A DNA stretch of 64,000 nucleotides from the NCBI GenBank assembly GCA_965200315.1, contig OZ241362.1, positions 960,001 to 1,024,000 on the forward strand. The letters run 5' to 3'. How positions within the stretch are numbered: the stretch's first letter is position 1; the number at the start of each line of letters is the position of its first letter. The notes beneath the pieces were generated by a model that was not told the origin of the DNA, did not search any database, and saw only the letters and a program-made list of their open reading frames with translations. This document shows positions 44,624 through 53,129 of the stretch, in pieces. This DNA comes from Candidatus Latescibacterota bacterium (GTDB taxonomy: Bacteria > Latescibacterota > UBA2968 > UBA8231). The position numbers and the translations under genes were made by a program.

Positions 44624-45340
44624 TCAAGACCGACGGCGATGCACCCAACGGATCCGCGCCAAATCCTTGAAATTGGCAAGCGTCCCGGTCACCGGATTAA
44701 AGCGACTGTCCGGGTCAAAGCGCCACTTCACGGGAATCTTTGCAATGCGGTAGCCCAACTGTCGCGCCAGCAGTAGCAGTTCCACGTCGAACATGAAGCC
44801 GGCGATTTGCTGCCGCGCACAGAGGTCGCGCACCACCGAGGCCTGAAAAAACTTAAATCCACACTGGGTATCGCCGAACTCGCCCAAGCCCATCAGCGCG
44901 CGCAAGAGCCAGCCAAACGCCGCGGTTCCCCACTGCCGGTAGCGCCGGCGCGCAACGACGAACTCGGTCGCGCTCAGCGTCCGGTCGCCGATCACCCCGT
45001 CCCACCCGGCTACCAATAGGGGCATCACCTGATCGAGCGCGGCGACGTCGGTCTTGTAGTCGCCGTCCATAAAGCCGATGTACCGGCCCTCGGCCTCGGC
45101 CACGCCGTGCTGCACGGAATAGCCCTTGCCGCGGTTGCGGTCGTTTTGTACGCAGCGAACCTGCGGGTGCGCGTGGGCGTATTCCACAACACAGGCGACC
45201 GTGCGGTCGGTGCTGCCATCATCTACGACCAGCAATTCACAGGACCACGGACGCTGCCCCAGCAATGCGAGCGTCTGCTCCAAGGCGATGAGAATCCGCT
45301 TCTCTTCGTTGTACGCGGGTATGACTATGCTCAAATCCAT
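44624..45340 (-). CDS. GT2 polyprenyl-phosphate glycosyltransferase (DPM/DPG synthase-like)
   Basis: SIVIPAYNE, VVDDGSTD, NRGKG, FMDGD, DTQCGFKFF, FDVELL. Confidence 0.92.
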   Translation of the reverse strand: MDLSIVIPAYNEEKRILIALEQTLALLGQRPWSCELLVVDDGSTDRTVACVVEYAHAHPQVRCVQNDRNRGKGYSVQHGVAEAEGRYIGFMDGDYKTDVAALDQVMPLLVAGWDGVIGDRTLSATEFVVARRRYRQWGTAAFGWLLRALMGLGEFGDTQCGFKFFQASVVRDLCARQQIAGFMFDVELLLLARQLGYRIAKIPVKWRFDPDSRFNPVTGTLANFKDLARIRWVHRRRS

Positions 45341-45364
45341 AGCTAACGCAATCGCGGCGGCCGC

Positions 45365-45393
45365 TTGACGTCTCCAGCCGCCGCGCCTATAAT
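45365..45393 (+). promoter_or_regulatory. near-consensus sigma70 promoter for hinT
   Basis: TTGACG, 17-nt spacer, TATAAT. Confidence 0.75.
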
Positions 45394-45432
45394 CCGCCGC
45401 AACCTGTACCCCTAAGCATGTGAGAAAGGCCG

Positions 45433-45780
45433 ATGAGCGAGGAGACTATTTTCAGCAAAATTATCCGCCGCGAAATTCCCGCCGACATCGTCTATGAGGA
45501 CTCCGACTGTCTGGCTTTCCACGACATCCAGCCCCAGGCCCCGACGCACATCCTCGTCATACCCAAGCAAGTTGTCGCCGGCGTGCAACACGCCGCGCCC
45601 GAGCACGGCCCCCTGCTCGGGCACCTGCTGCTCAAGGCCAGCCAGATCGCCGAAGAGCAGGGCCTAGCCGTAGCGGGCTACCGCTTGGTCATCAATGCCG
45701 GCGACGACGGGGGGCAAACGGTCAATCACCTCCACGTCCACTTGCTCGGCGGCCGTCCCATGCAGTGGCCGCCGGGATAA
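45433..45780 (+). CDS. hinT: histidine triad nucleotide-binding protein
   Basis: TIFSKII, FHDIQPQAPTHILVIPK, GQTVNHLHVHLLGGR. Confidence 0.95.
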   Translation: MSEETIFSKIIRREIPADIVYEDSDCLAFHDIQPQAPTHILVIPKQVVAGVQHAAPEHGPLLGHLLLKASQIAEEQGLAVAGYRLVINAGDDGGQTVNHLHVHLLGGRPMQWPPG

Positions 45781-45813
45781 AAAAAGAGGCGATGCCACGC
45801 CGGGCACCGCCTC
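45779..45813 (-). terminator. intrinsic terminator of rplC
   Basis: Minus strand GAGGCGGTGCC-CGGCGT-GGCATCGCCTC followed by T7. Confidence 0.8.
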
Positions 45814-45837
45814 ACAAGTACTCTTAAAGCAGGGGAT

Positions 45838-46455
45838 TCAGATGGTCTGTATCAGGATGTAGCCGTTGACTCCCCCCGGCACCGCCCCCTTGAGAAACAG
45901 CAAGTTGCGATCCGCGTCGATCCGCTCGACAGTCAGCCCCTTGGTGGAGACTCGCTTGTTGCCCATCTGTCCGGACATTTTCTTGCCCTTCCACACCTTG
46001 CCCGGAGTCGTGCCCTGGCCGATGGAGCCGCCGTGGCGTATGGTATCGGGTGTGCCGTGGCTGGCGTTCTTGCCGCGGAAACCGTAGCGCTTGACCACCC
46101 CGGCAAAGCCCTTCCCCTTGGATTTGCCCGTCACTTTGACCTGGTGGCCAATCTCGAACTGGCTCACATCCAAGACTTGGCCGACCTCGAACTCGCCCTC
46201 TTCGCCGCGAAATTCGCGCAGGATGCGGTGCCCGCTTACGCCGGCCTTGTCCAAGTGGCCCTTTTGCGGCTTGGTCAGCTTGCGCTCCGGCACCTCGTCA
46301 AATGCGAGCTGCAAAGCCGAGTATCCATTGTCCTCTTCGGTCCGCACTTGTACCACCGGGCAAGGACCCGCCGCGACGATCGTCACCGGCGTGAGCTCCT
46401 CGCGGCTGTTGTACACCTGCGTCATGCCCAATTTCTTGCCAATCAAGGCCCCCAT
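45838..46455 (-). CDS. rplC: 50S ribosomal protein L3
   Basis: GKKLGMTQ, GYSALQL, SKGKGFAGVVKRYGF, GSIGQGTTPGKVWKGKKMSGQMG, KGAVPG; AAGGAG SD. Confidence 0.97.
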   Translation of the reverse strand: MGALIGKKLGMTQVYNSREELTPVTIVAAGPCPVVQVRTEEDNGYSALQLAFDEVPERKLTKPQKGHLDKAGVSGHRILREFRGEEGEFEVGQVLDVSQFEIGHQVKVTGKSKGKGFAGVVKRYGFRGKNASHGTPDTIRHGGSIGQGTTPGKVWKGKKMSGQMGNKRVSTKGLTVERIDADRNLLFLKGAVPGGVNGYILIQTI

Positions 46456-46499
46456 AAGGCCAACTCCTTCAAATAGTTGTCTAGCAAACAGAATCGTAA

Positions 46500-46528
46500 A
46501 AATTACGCAAAAATTTCCTAGCGGGCAA
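46500..46528 (-). promoter_or_regulatory. putative rplC promoter
   Basis: Minus strand TTGCCC, 17-nt spacer, TAATTT. The -35 overlaps a GCGGGC-N7-GCCCGC hairpin (46521-46539). Confidence 0.45.
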
Positions 46529-46697
46529 GAGACGCCCGCAGTGGATAGTGGTACATTTTGAAAATAATTCCGTGGTCTAAATTAAGGCCAAGCTCTCGGC
46601 AGGCTGTACCTCCTACCGTTTTTCTGTCTTGAAACGGACCCTATGTGCCGTAGCCGTGTGTCTCCCTCGGTAAATTTCCTCTTGATTTACTACAGCA

Positions 46698-47029
46698 ATG
46701 CCGTATCTCAAGATCGTGCATACGGTTATCGAAACACCGACTTTCATCAGCAAATGCCGGCACTACCAGATAAGTGCCAGCGACCGGGAGGCCATCATCG
46801 ACTTTGTCGCCAATAACCCCGATGCCGGCGACGTGATCAAAGAATCAGGCGGTGCTCGCAAGCTCCGGTTCGCCGCGCCGGGAAGAGGAAAGAGCGTTGG
46901 ATACGAGTGGTGACTTTTTACAGTGGCCAAGGCATTCTTGTATTTTTGCTGTCGATCTTCGCTAAAGGCGATAAAATAAACCTGACCGACTCATCTACCG
47001 GGAGCCAGAAGCGGCTAAGAGGGCGGTAG
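46698..47029 (+). pseudogene. RelE/HigB-type toxin, 1-nt deletion, no antitoxin
   Basis: VIETPTF...NPDAGDVIKESGGARKLRFAAPGRGKS in one frame; VVTFYSGQGILVFLLSIFAKGDKINL continues in another after TAC-GA at about 46905. Confidence 0.85.
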
Positions 47030-47046
47030 TAAGGTAGAACGCAAAA

Positions 47047-47943
47047 TTGAGCGCGATAACCATATTTCGCGGCGGGGCGATCGGCGACTTTGTCCTCACC
47101 CTGCCCGCCATCAATGCCGTGCGCCGGGCTTTTCCCTCCGCCGATTTGCGCCTCATCGGCCGCCCAGCACCCCTTGCGCTCGGCCCGGCGGCGTCTGTCC
47201 TCGACAGCGAAAACCCGCGCTTGATTGCCCTGCACCGCGATGGGCCGCTGCCCCCGGCCACGCGCCAGCTCTTCGCCGCGACGCAGCGCGTACTAGCCTA
47301 TGCGGTGGATGCCCAACAACACCTCGGCCCGCAACTGCGCCGAGCCGTCGCCGGCCCCGTGCTGCTGTGGGACCCGAGGCCCCCAGCCGATTTCCGCGGC
47401 CACATCGTCGATCACTTGCTAAGCCCCTTGCGGCAATGGGGCCTGTCTGTCTGCAACCGCACCCCACACATTGAACTACGGCCCGGCGACTACGGCTATG
47501 TAGATGCGCTCACCGCGCCCGAAGTCGTCATCCACCTAGGCAGCGGCTCGCCGGCCAAGTGTTGGCCCGCGGCGAATTTCCACGCCCTCGCCAGCGCGCT
47601 ACAAAAAAGAGGTTGGCATACCGCGCTCCTGTGCGGCCCAGTCGAACGCGAACGCCAGCTCACAGTCGGCGACCTGCCCGCGCTCCACCCCCCAGACCTG
47701 CGCTCCCTCGCCGGCCTGCTCGCCAAAGCCGCGCTCTTCATCGGCAACGATTCCGGCCCCGGGCACATAGCCGCGGCCGTCGGCACCCCGACCCTGACGC
47801 TATTTGGCCCCACCGATCCCCGGCAGTGGGCACCGCGCGGCAAGCGCAGCCGAGTCCTGCAAGCACCGGCCGCCGACATCGCTGCAATCCCCACTACAGC
47901 CGCAATAGATGCTGCGCTAGCCCTTCTCCAGAGCACGCGATGA
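47047..47943 (+). CDS. glycosyltransferase family 9 (heptosyltransferase-like)
   Basis: GAIGDFVLTLPAI, HLGSGSPAKCWP, FIGNDSGPGHIAAAVGTPTLTLFGPT. Confidence 0.92.
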   Translation: MSAITIFRGGAIGDFVLTLPAINAVRRAFPSADLRLIGRPAPLALGPAASVLDSENPRLIALHRDGPLPPATRQLFAATQRVLAYAVDAQQHLGPQLRRAVAGPVLLWDPRPPADFRGHIVDHLLSPLRQWGLSVCNRTPHIELRPGDYGYVDALTAPEVVIHLGSGSPAKCWPAANFHALASALQKRGWHTALLCGPVERERQLTVGDLPALHPPDLRSLAGLLAKAALFIGNDSGPGHIAAAVGTPTLTLFGPTDPRQWAPRGKRSRVLQAPAADIAAIPTTAAIDAALALLQSTR

Positions 47944-48560
47944 CTTCCTACGCCGACCAACGCCGAGCTATGGTGCGCGAGCAACTCAGCCAGCGCGGCA
48001 TTGGCGACTCGCGCGTACTCGCGGCATTTGACCGCGTCCCAAGACATTGCTACGTCCCGGAGGCCCTGCGCGCCCACGCGTATGCCGATCACCCGCTGGC
48101 CATCGGCGCGGACCAAACCATCTCTCAGCCGTACGTAGTGGCCTACATGCTCTCGGCACTTGGCTTAAAGGGTGAAGAAAGAGTCTTGGAAATTGGCACC
48201 GGCTCTGGGTACCAGACCGCCCTGCTCGCCGAACTGGCCGGCCAAGTCTATAGCATTGAATTCTTTTCCGACCTCGCCGCACAGGCCCGGCGCGTGCTCG
48301 CCGACACCGGCTATGGCCACGTCGCCCTCCGCGTCGGCGACGGCCGCATGGGCTGGTCTGAAGCCGCTCCTTTTGACGCCATCGTATGCTCGGCCGCACC
48401 CGCTACCATCCCACCCGCTCTAACCGAACAACTAACGCCTAACGGGCGCTTCATTCTCCCACTAGGCACCCGACGCCAACACTTGGTCTTGCTAGAGAGC
48501 AGCGCGACCGGCCTCAGCCAGCGCAAACTCCTACCCGTGCGCTTCGTGCCGATGCAGTAG
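47940..48560 (+). CDS. pcm: protein-L-isoaspartate O-methyltransferase
   Basis: VPRHCYV, QTISQPYVVA, VLEIGTGSGYQTA, VRFVPM; ATGA overlap with the upstream stop. Confidence 0.95.
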   Translation: MTSYADQRRAMVREQLSQRGIGDSRVLAAFDRVPRHCYVPEALRAHAYADHPLAIGADQTISQPYVVAYMLSALGLKGEERVLEIGTGSGYQTALLAELAGQVYSIEFFSDLAAQARRVLADTGYGHVALRVGDGRMGWSEAAPFDAIVCSAAPATIPPALTEQLTPNGRFILPLGTRRQHLVLLESSATGLSQRKLLPVRFVPMQ

Positions 48561-48635
48561 CAGACCACGGAGGGATTGCCATTGTAAGTCATGCACAGTG
48601 TAGATAAGTCAGAACGTCAGTGGAGGAATGCAACT

Positions 48636-48775
48636 ATGGCCAGCACAAAAACCAAACTTACATACGAGACCTATCTAAGGACGCCCGATGACAAACGCTA
48701 CGAGCTGTTGGACGGGGAGCTGATTATGGAGCCAGCACCGCTTACGGCTCATCAGTACGTCCAACAATCCATCAA
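48636..48775 (+). pseudogene. Uma2-family endonuclease, N-terminal fragment
   Basis: GGAGG SD, then MASTKTKLTYETYLRTPDDKRYELLDGELIMEPAPLTAHQ; homology ends at the pyrD stop. Confidence 0.8.
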
Positions 48776-49680
48776 CGCAAGCTGCCCACCAGCGAGGCGA
48801 GGCGGTCAATGCCGCGCTCGTCGCAATAGGCGTGGAGGTTCTCGACAATTTCGACGCCAGCGTTGGGATTAGCGAAACTGGCCGTGCCGACTTGGACGGC
48901 AGAAGCACCGGCGACCATGAACTCTAGGGCGTCGTTCGCAGTGGTGATGCCGCCGATTCCCACTACGGGCACGGCAACGGCTTGGGCCACCTTCCACACC
49001 ATGGCGAGGGCCACCGGCTTGACTGCCGGGCCGGACAAGCCGCCGGTAGTACCGCCCAAGACGGGCCGCCGCCGCTCCACGTCAATGGCCATGCCAACGA
49101 GCGTATTGATAAGCGAGACCGCATCCGCACCCGCATCCACTACGGCGCGGGCGATCTCGGCAATATCTGTGACATTGGGTGTTAGCTTGGCGATGACCGG
49201 CCGCTGAGTGCGGCTGCGGACTGCGGCAATGGCTGCGGCCGCGGTCTGGGGCCGCGTGGCGAAATTGTCGCCTCCGGCCTCGACATTGGGGCAGGATATA
49301 TTGACCTCGAGCGCGGCAATGCCTGCCAACGCTTCAAGACTCGTCGCCATCTGCCCGAATTCCTCGACCGCGAATCCGGCGATATTCACCACCACCTGCG
49401 CGTCCAAACTGGCCAACAAGGGCCATTGCTTCTCAATGAAAGCCTCCAGCCCGGGATTTTGCAAGCCAATGGAATTGAGCATTCCTGCTGGCGTCTCGAC
49501 GATGCGCTGGGGGGGGTTGCCGCCGCGCGGCTGCGGAGTAATGGTCTTGGTGACTAGCCCACCCAAGCGCGCAAAATCGGTCAGCGGCAAAAGCTCCTGA
49601 CCGTAGTTGCAGGTGCCCGATGCCAACAGCACCGGGTTGCGCAGCCGCACGCCGGCAAAGTCTATGCTCAGGTCGGCCAT
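48772..49680 (-). CDS. pyrD: dihydroorotate dehydrogenase, family 1B catalytic subunit
   Basis: NPVLLASGT, TKTIT, GMLNSIGLQNPG, VNISCPN, KLTPN, INTL, GGLSGPAVKP. Confidence 0.96.
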   Translation of the reverse strand: MADLSIDFAGVRLRNPVLLASGTCNYGQELLPLTDFARLGGLVTKTITPQPRGGNPPQRIVETPAGMLNSIGLQNPGLEAFIEKQWPLLASLDAQVVVNIAGFAVEEFGQMATSLEALAGIAALEVNISCPNVEAGGDNFATRPQTAAAAIAAVRSRTQRPVIAKLTPNVTDIAEIARAVVDAGADAVSLINTLVGMAIDVERRRPVLGGTTGGLSGPAVKPVALAMVWKVAQAVAVPVVGIGGITTANDALEFMVAGASAVQVGTASFANPNAGVEIVENLHAYCDERGIDRLASLVGSLR

Positions 49681-50480
49681 GCGCTGCCCCATTTTATCTG
49701 CCGCGCGTCGAATGCCGGCCCATCCACGCAGATGCGGCCGTAGCGGCCGTAGTCCGAGTCGCCTTTTGCCGTCGCCAGCTCGACGGCGCAGCCCACGCAG
49801 ATGCCGATGCCGCAGGCCATGTACTCTTCGAGGGAAACTTGGCACGGGACTTGGGCCTCTGAACATATAGCGGCTACGGCCTGCATCATTCCGTGCGGGC
49901 CACAGCAATAAACCGCGACCGGCTCTTTTTTGGCTAGCTCGTGCTGCAACAGATCGGTGACTAGGCCCGCGTGCCCGAGGCTACCGTCGTCGGTGGCGAG
50001 GTGTACTGCAGCCGCAGCCGGTACCAGCAGTTCACCGGGCAGGTGCTTGTTCGCCGTCCGCGCCCCGACCAACAGCGCAGTCTGGTACTCCCGCTGCTTC
50101 AACTCCAAGCCCCAATACAGCAGCGGCGGTACGCCAATGCCGCCCCCGACCAATGCGACGCGCATACCCTCGGGCGGCGGCACAAATCCCTTACCCAGCG
50201 GGCCGAGGGTCGGCAGAACGGCGTCCGGCCTTACTTGGCTCAGCGCTCGGGTCTTAGGCCCTACTTCTTCGTATAATACCTCGATAATACCGGCCTCGCG
50301 ATTGACGCCGCTCACGCTCAGCGGGACGCGCAACAAGGGATCAACCCCGCCGTCGACCTCGATGTTGACGAACTGACCCGGCTCAATCCGCGCTGCAATG
50401 TAGGGTGCGGTAAGGCGCGCCCAATAGAAGTCCGCGGCGACTGCGCAGTTGCTCAACAGGTGCGCTTGCTCGTCAATCAC
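49668..50480 (-). CDS. pyrK: dihydroorotate dehydrogenase electron transfer subunit
   Basis: PGQFV, GPLGKGF, VGGGIGVPP, CCGPHGM, MACGIGICVGC...CVDGP. Confidence 0.95.
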   Translation of the reverse strand: MIDEQAHLLSNCAVAADFYWARLTAPYIAARIEPGQFVNIEVDGGVDPLLRVPLSVSGVNREAGIIEVLYEEVGPKTRALSQVRPDAVLPTLGPLGKGFVPPPEGMRVALVGGGIGVPPLLYWGLELKQREYQTALLVGARTANKHLPGELLVPAAAAVHLATDDGSLGHAGLVTDLLQHELAKKEPVAVYCCGPHGMMQAVAAICSEAQVPCQVSLEEYMACGIGICVGCAVELATAKGDSDYGRYGRICVDGPAFDARQIKWGSAWPT

Positions 50481-53119
50481 GGCTCTTCCCTTCGGCTGAG
50501 CTCAGGCCGCAGCCCTTCTTCTTGCGGCAGACCAAACGGCACGGCCAACTCGACCCAAGACTTGATCTCCTTGCCGTTGCGGCGCACTGCGGGATAGAAT
50601 CTATAGCTATACGCCGCAGCTACCGCACTCTCGACAAAGGGGGGCTCCCCGCGAAAAACCTCCACTTGCTCGGGCCGCCCCTCGCGGTCGATTAACACGT
50701 CGAGTAACACCTCGGCCGAATCCTCGGCCGCCGGATAAACTGGCCGCACCACCTGCCGCACCAGCGGCCAATCGCTCAGCGACAGGTCGCCCTCCTTCCA
50801 CCCCAACTCGTCGGGGGGGACCGACAAGCCGAGCTCGATCATCGCTTCTATGTCTAAGTCCTCGCGGTCTTGGCCCGCCTGAAAATCCGGGTGCTTCTCC
50901 AGCAAAAAGCGAATTTGCGGACTGTTCCTGTCGCGCCGTGCGACCTCCCGCAGGTAGTAGTTGGCCGAGTCCTCTAGGCTCTGCTCGGTAAAGGCGCGCC
51001 AGAGCCGGTAGTAGAGATTGAGATTTCGCTTGTCAAAGGACAGGGCCTGGCGGTAGAACTCGATAGCATCGTTGAAATAGCCCTCCTCCCAGTTGATGTT
51101 GCCGAGTTGATACAGGGCGCGCGGGTTGGCGACCTGCTCGTTGATGCTCCGCTCGTAAAAATCGCGGGCCAGCGCAACGTCCCCGCGCCGCTGGGCGCGA
51201 TCGGCAAAGCCGATGTATTTGCGCGCCAAAGACACGGAGTCGAGCGTGTCCGGCTCCAAGGCGAGCAGTTCGATATGCTCCCCCGGGCCGAGCTGGCCGC
51301 CGACCGCCTTCAAGCTGCGCTCCAGCTTGTCGATGAGCTTTTCCTCGCGCACTTCCCACCGCTGCTGGGCCAGCTTGCCAAACCGCGTCTCGGCAAACTC
51401 TTCGCGCAATAATTGATAGCGCTGTTCGGCTGCGACCGTATCTCCAACGACATTTTCGTAGGTATTGGCCGCCAAAAACGCCGCCTGACCTCCACTCGGC
51501 GTACCCGCAAAGGCATGGCTCAAGCTGTCCAACAAGGGGATGTACGCCTCGGTAGCTTCCGGCTGTGCTAGGCGCAGTGTTTCGATTCGCGCAAACTCGT
51601 GCGCCGCTAGCTCTTCGGCCGTAGCCTCGAGCTTTTGCCCCAGCAAGCGGCGGGCTTCGTTGGCATGCGCCGAGGTGGGAAACTCCTCAATCAGCCGCAG
51701 TAAATGGGGCCTAGCGCCCTCTTGGTCTCCGCGCATCTGCAGCTCGATCCAAGCGAGGCTGTACACGGCGCGGGGCAATTGGTCAATGTCTGGGAAGCGG
51801 CGGATTACTTCCTCGTAGTACGCACGGGCCGAATCGGCCTGACCGATGTCGTCGCGATAGAGCTCGCACGCGCTGAACAGGTCGTCTAGCACATCCAAAC
51901 TCCGCGCTACTACCACCGTGTCGGCCTGAGCCTCTGCTGCCTGCCACAACAGCGGCCCCTGCACCGCGCCCAGCGAGTCGGCGTAGAGCGAATCGGCACG
52001 GTGAATCTGGCGCTGAATCTGCTGTAGCCGACGCATGTGCCCCAGCATCTCCTGCGCCAAAAGCACGCCCTGCGCCCCCGGGCTCTCGCGGCTGCTCTCC
52101 TCGAGGTAATCGCGCGCCAGCTCGGTGTCCCCGTATTCCTGCAAGTGCAGCAAGCCGATGCGGTACAAGGCCATGGACGCCGAAGGCGTCTGGGGAAAAT
52201 CGTTGCGCACCCGCTCGTACTCGGCCAGCCCCTCGTCGAGCAGGCGGCGGCCCTGATACCACTCGCCGATTAGGAGCCGGGTGCGGCCCTCAAAGCGACG
52301 AAAGCCGCCTTCGTCAAGTAGGCTGACGTATGTATCTAAAGCCTCGTCTTCCGCCCCCATAGCGTAGAGGGCGCGGCCGCTGTTGAGCCGAGCGCGATAC
52401 TTTTGATCCTCACTTGGATCGGCCTTTAGCACTTCGTCGAAAGCCGCTAGCGCCTCATCCAAGCGGGCCGGCTCCTCTAAGGCCATCAGCGCCTCGCCCA
52501 AGCGCAACCACAACTGGGCCCGCACCGCGCTCTTGGGAAAGGCTTCTAGCGCCGCTCGATATGCCCGCATGGCCGCGACGTAGTCCTCTCGGTCGTGCGC
52601 CATCTCGGCCAAGTGCAGGCCCGCTTGGACGGCGATCTTTTCCTCGGCCTCGTCAAACAGCGCTCGGTAGAGCGACTGCGCTTGGTCGTCAATCCGCTGC
52701 TCCTCTAGGCAGCGGGCGCGCCAGTAACGAGCTTGATCGAAGTACGGACTAGACGGGAAAAAGGTCTCCAAGTCGCGGAACGACTCTTGAGCATTGAGGT
52801 ACTCACTGCGCCAGTAATAGGCCCGGCCGATCAGGAACATGGCGTCGTCGACCAAGTCGCTCTCCTTGTATTCGTCGAGCACTTTGGACGCTTTGCGCAC
52901 CGCTTTGTCGTAGAGTTGGTCGGCCTGCGGCGAGCGCCGCCGCTGCAATTCGGGACCAGCCTGGTCAAAGGCCCAGTCGGCGTAGGTCTCTTCGTGTTTG
53001 CGCCGCTCTTTCTCGGCCTCGCGAAAGGATTTTTTGGCGTTGTAAAACGTATTGAAATAGACGCAGGCCGAAACCGCCAGACAACAAGCCAGCAACAGCA
53101 CCAAGGGCGCGGTCCGCAC
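50477..53119 (-). CDS. TPR lipoprotein (PorW/SprE-like N-terminus) with C-terminal TonB_C domain
   Basis: GGAG SD before GTG 53119; lipobox VSAC-VYFNTFYNA; many TPRs; C-terminus PVYP...VLLDVLIDREGRPEQVEV...FVESAVAAAYSYRFYPA..NGKEIKSWVELAVPF. Confidence 0.75.
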   Translation of the reverse strand: MRTAPLVLLLACCLAVSACVYFNTFYNAKKSFREAEKERRKHEETYADWAFDQAGPELQRRRSPQADQLYDKAVRKASKVLDEYKESDLVDDAMFLIGRAYYWRSEYLNAQESFRDLETFFPSSPYFDQARYWRARCLEEQRIDDQAQSLYRALFDEAEEKIAVQAGLHLAEMAHDREDYVAAMRAYRAALEAFPKSAVRAQLWLRLGEALMALEEPARLDEALAAFDEVLKADPSEDQKYRARLNSGRALYAMGAEDEALDTYVSLLDEGGFRRFEGRTRLLIGEWYQGRRLLDEGLAEYERVRNDFPQTPSASMALYRIGLLHLQEYGDTELARDYLEESSRESPGAQGVLLAQEMLGHMRRLQQIQRQIHRADSLYADSLGAVQGPLLWQAAEAQADTVVVARSLDVLDDLFSACELYRDDIGQADSARAYYEEVIRRFPDIDQLPRAVYSLAWIELQMRGDQEGARPHLLRLIEEFPTSAHANEARRLLGQKLEATAEELAAHEFARIETLRLAQPEATEAYIPLLDSLSHAFAGTPSGGQAAFLAANTYENVVGDTVAAEQRYQLLREEFAETRFGKLAQQRWEVREEKLIDKLERSLKAVGGQLGPGEHIELLALEPDTLDSVSLARKYIGFADRAQRRGDVALARDFYERSINEQVANPRALYQLGNINWEEGYFNDAIEFYRQALSFDKRNLNLYYRLWRAFTEQSLEDSANYYLREVARRDRNSPQIRFLLEKHPDFQAGQDREDLDIEAMIELGLSVPPDELGWKEGDLSLSDWPLVRQVVRPVYPAAEDSAEVLLDVLIDREGRPEQVEVFRGEPPFVESAVAAAYSYRFYPAVRRNGKEIKSWVELAVPFGLPQEEGLRPELSRREEP

Positions 53120-53129
53120 GAGCTGTCTC

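Noticed and set aside
46521-46539. Shared GCGGG..GAGACGCCCGC-like hairpins upstream of rplC and infC (5416-5432) as a common regulatory motif
   Set aside because: The stems are only 6 bp, they lie in opposite orientation and position relative to the promoters, and they resemble the generic REP hairpin in the MITE. Support is insufficient.
47559-47939. 127-aa N-terminal extension of pcm
   Set aside because: It overlaps the GT9 gene. ATG 47940 (ATGA coupling) gives a normal-length Pcm. Similar spurious extensions were trimmed for pyrD, the 9705 ORF and the 6518 ORF.
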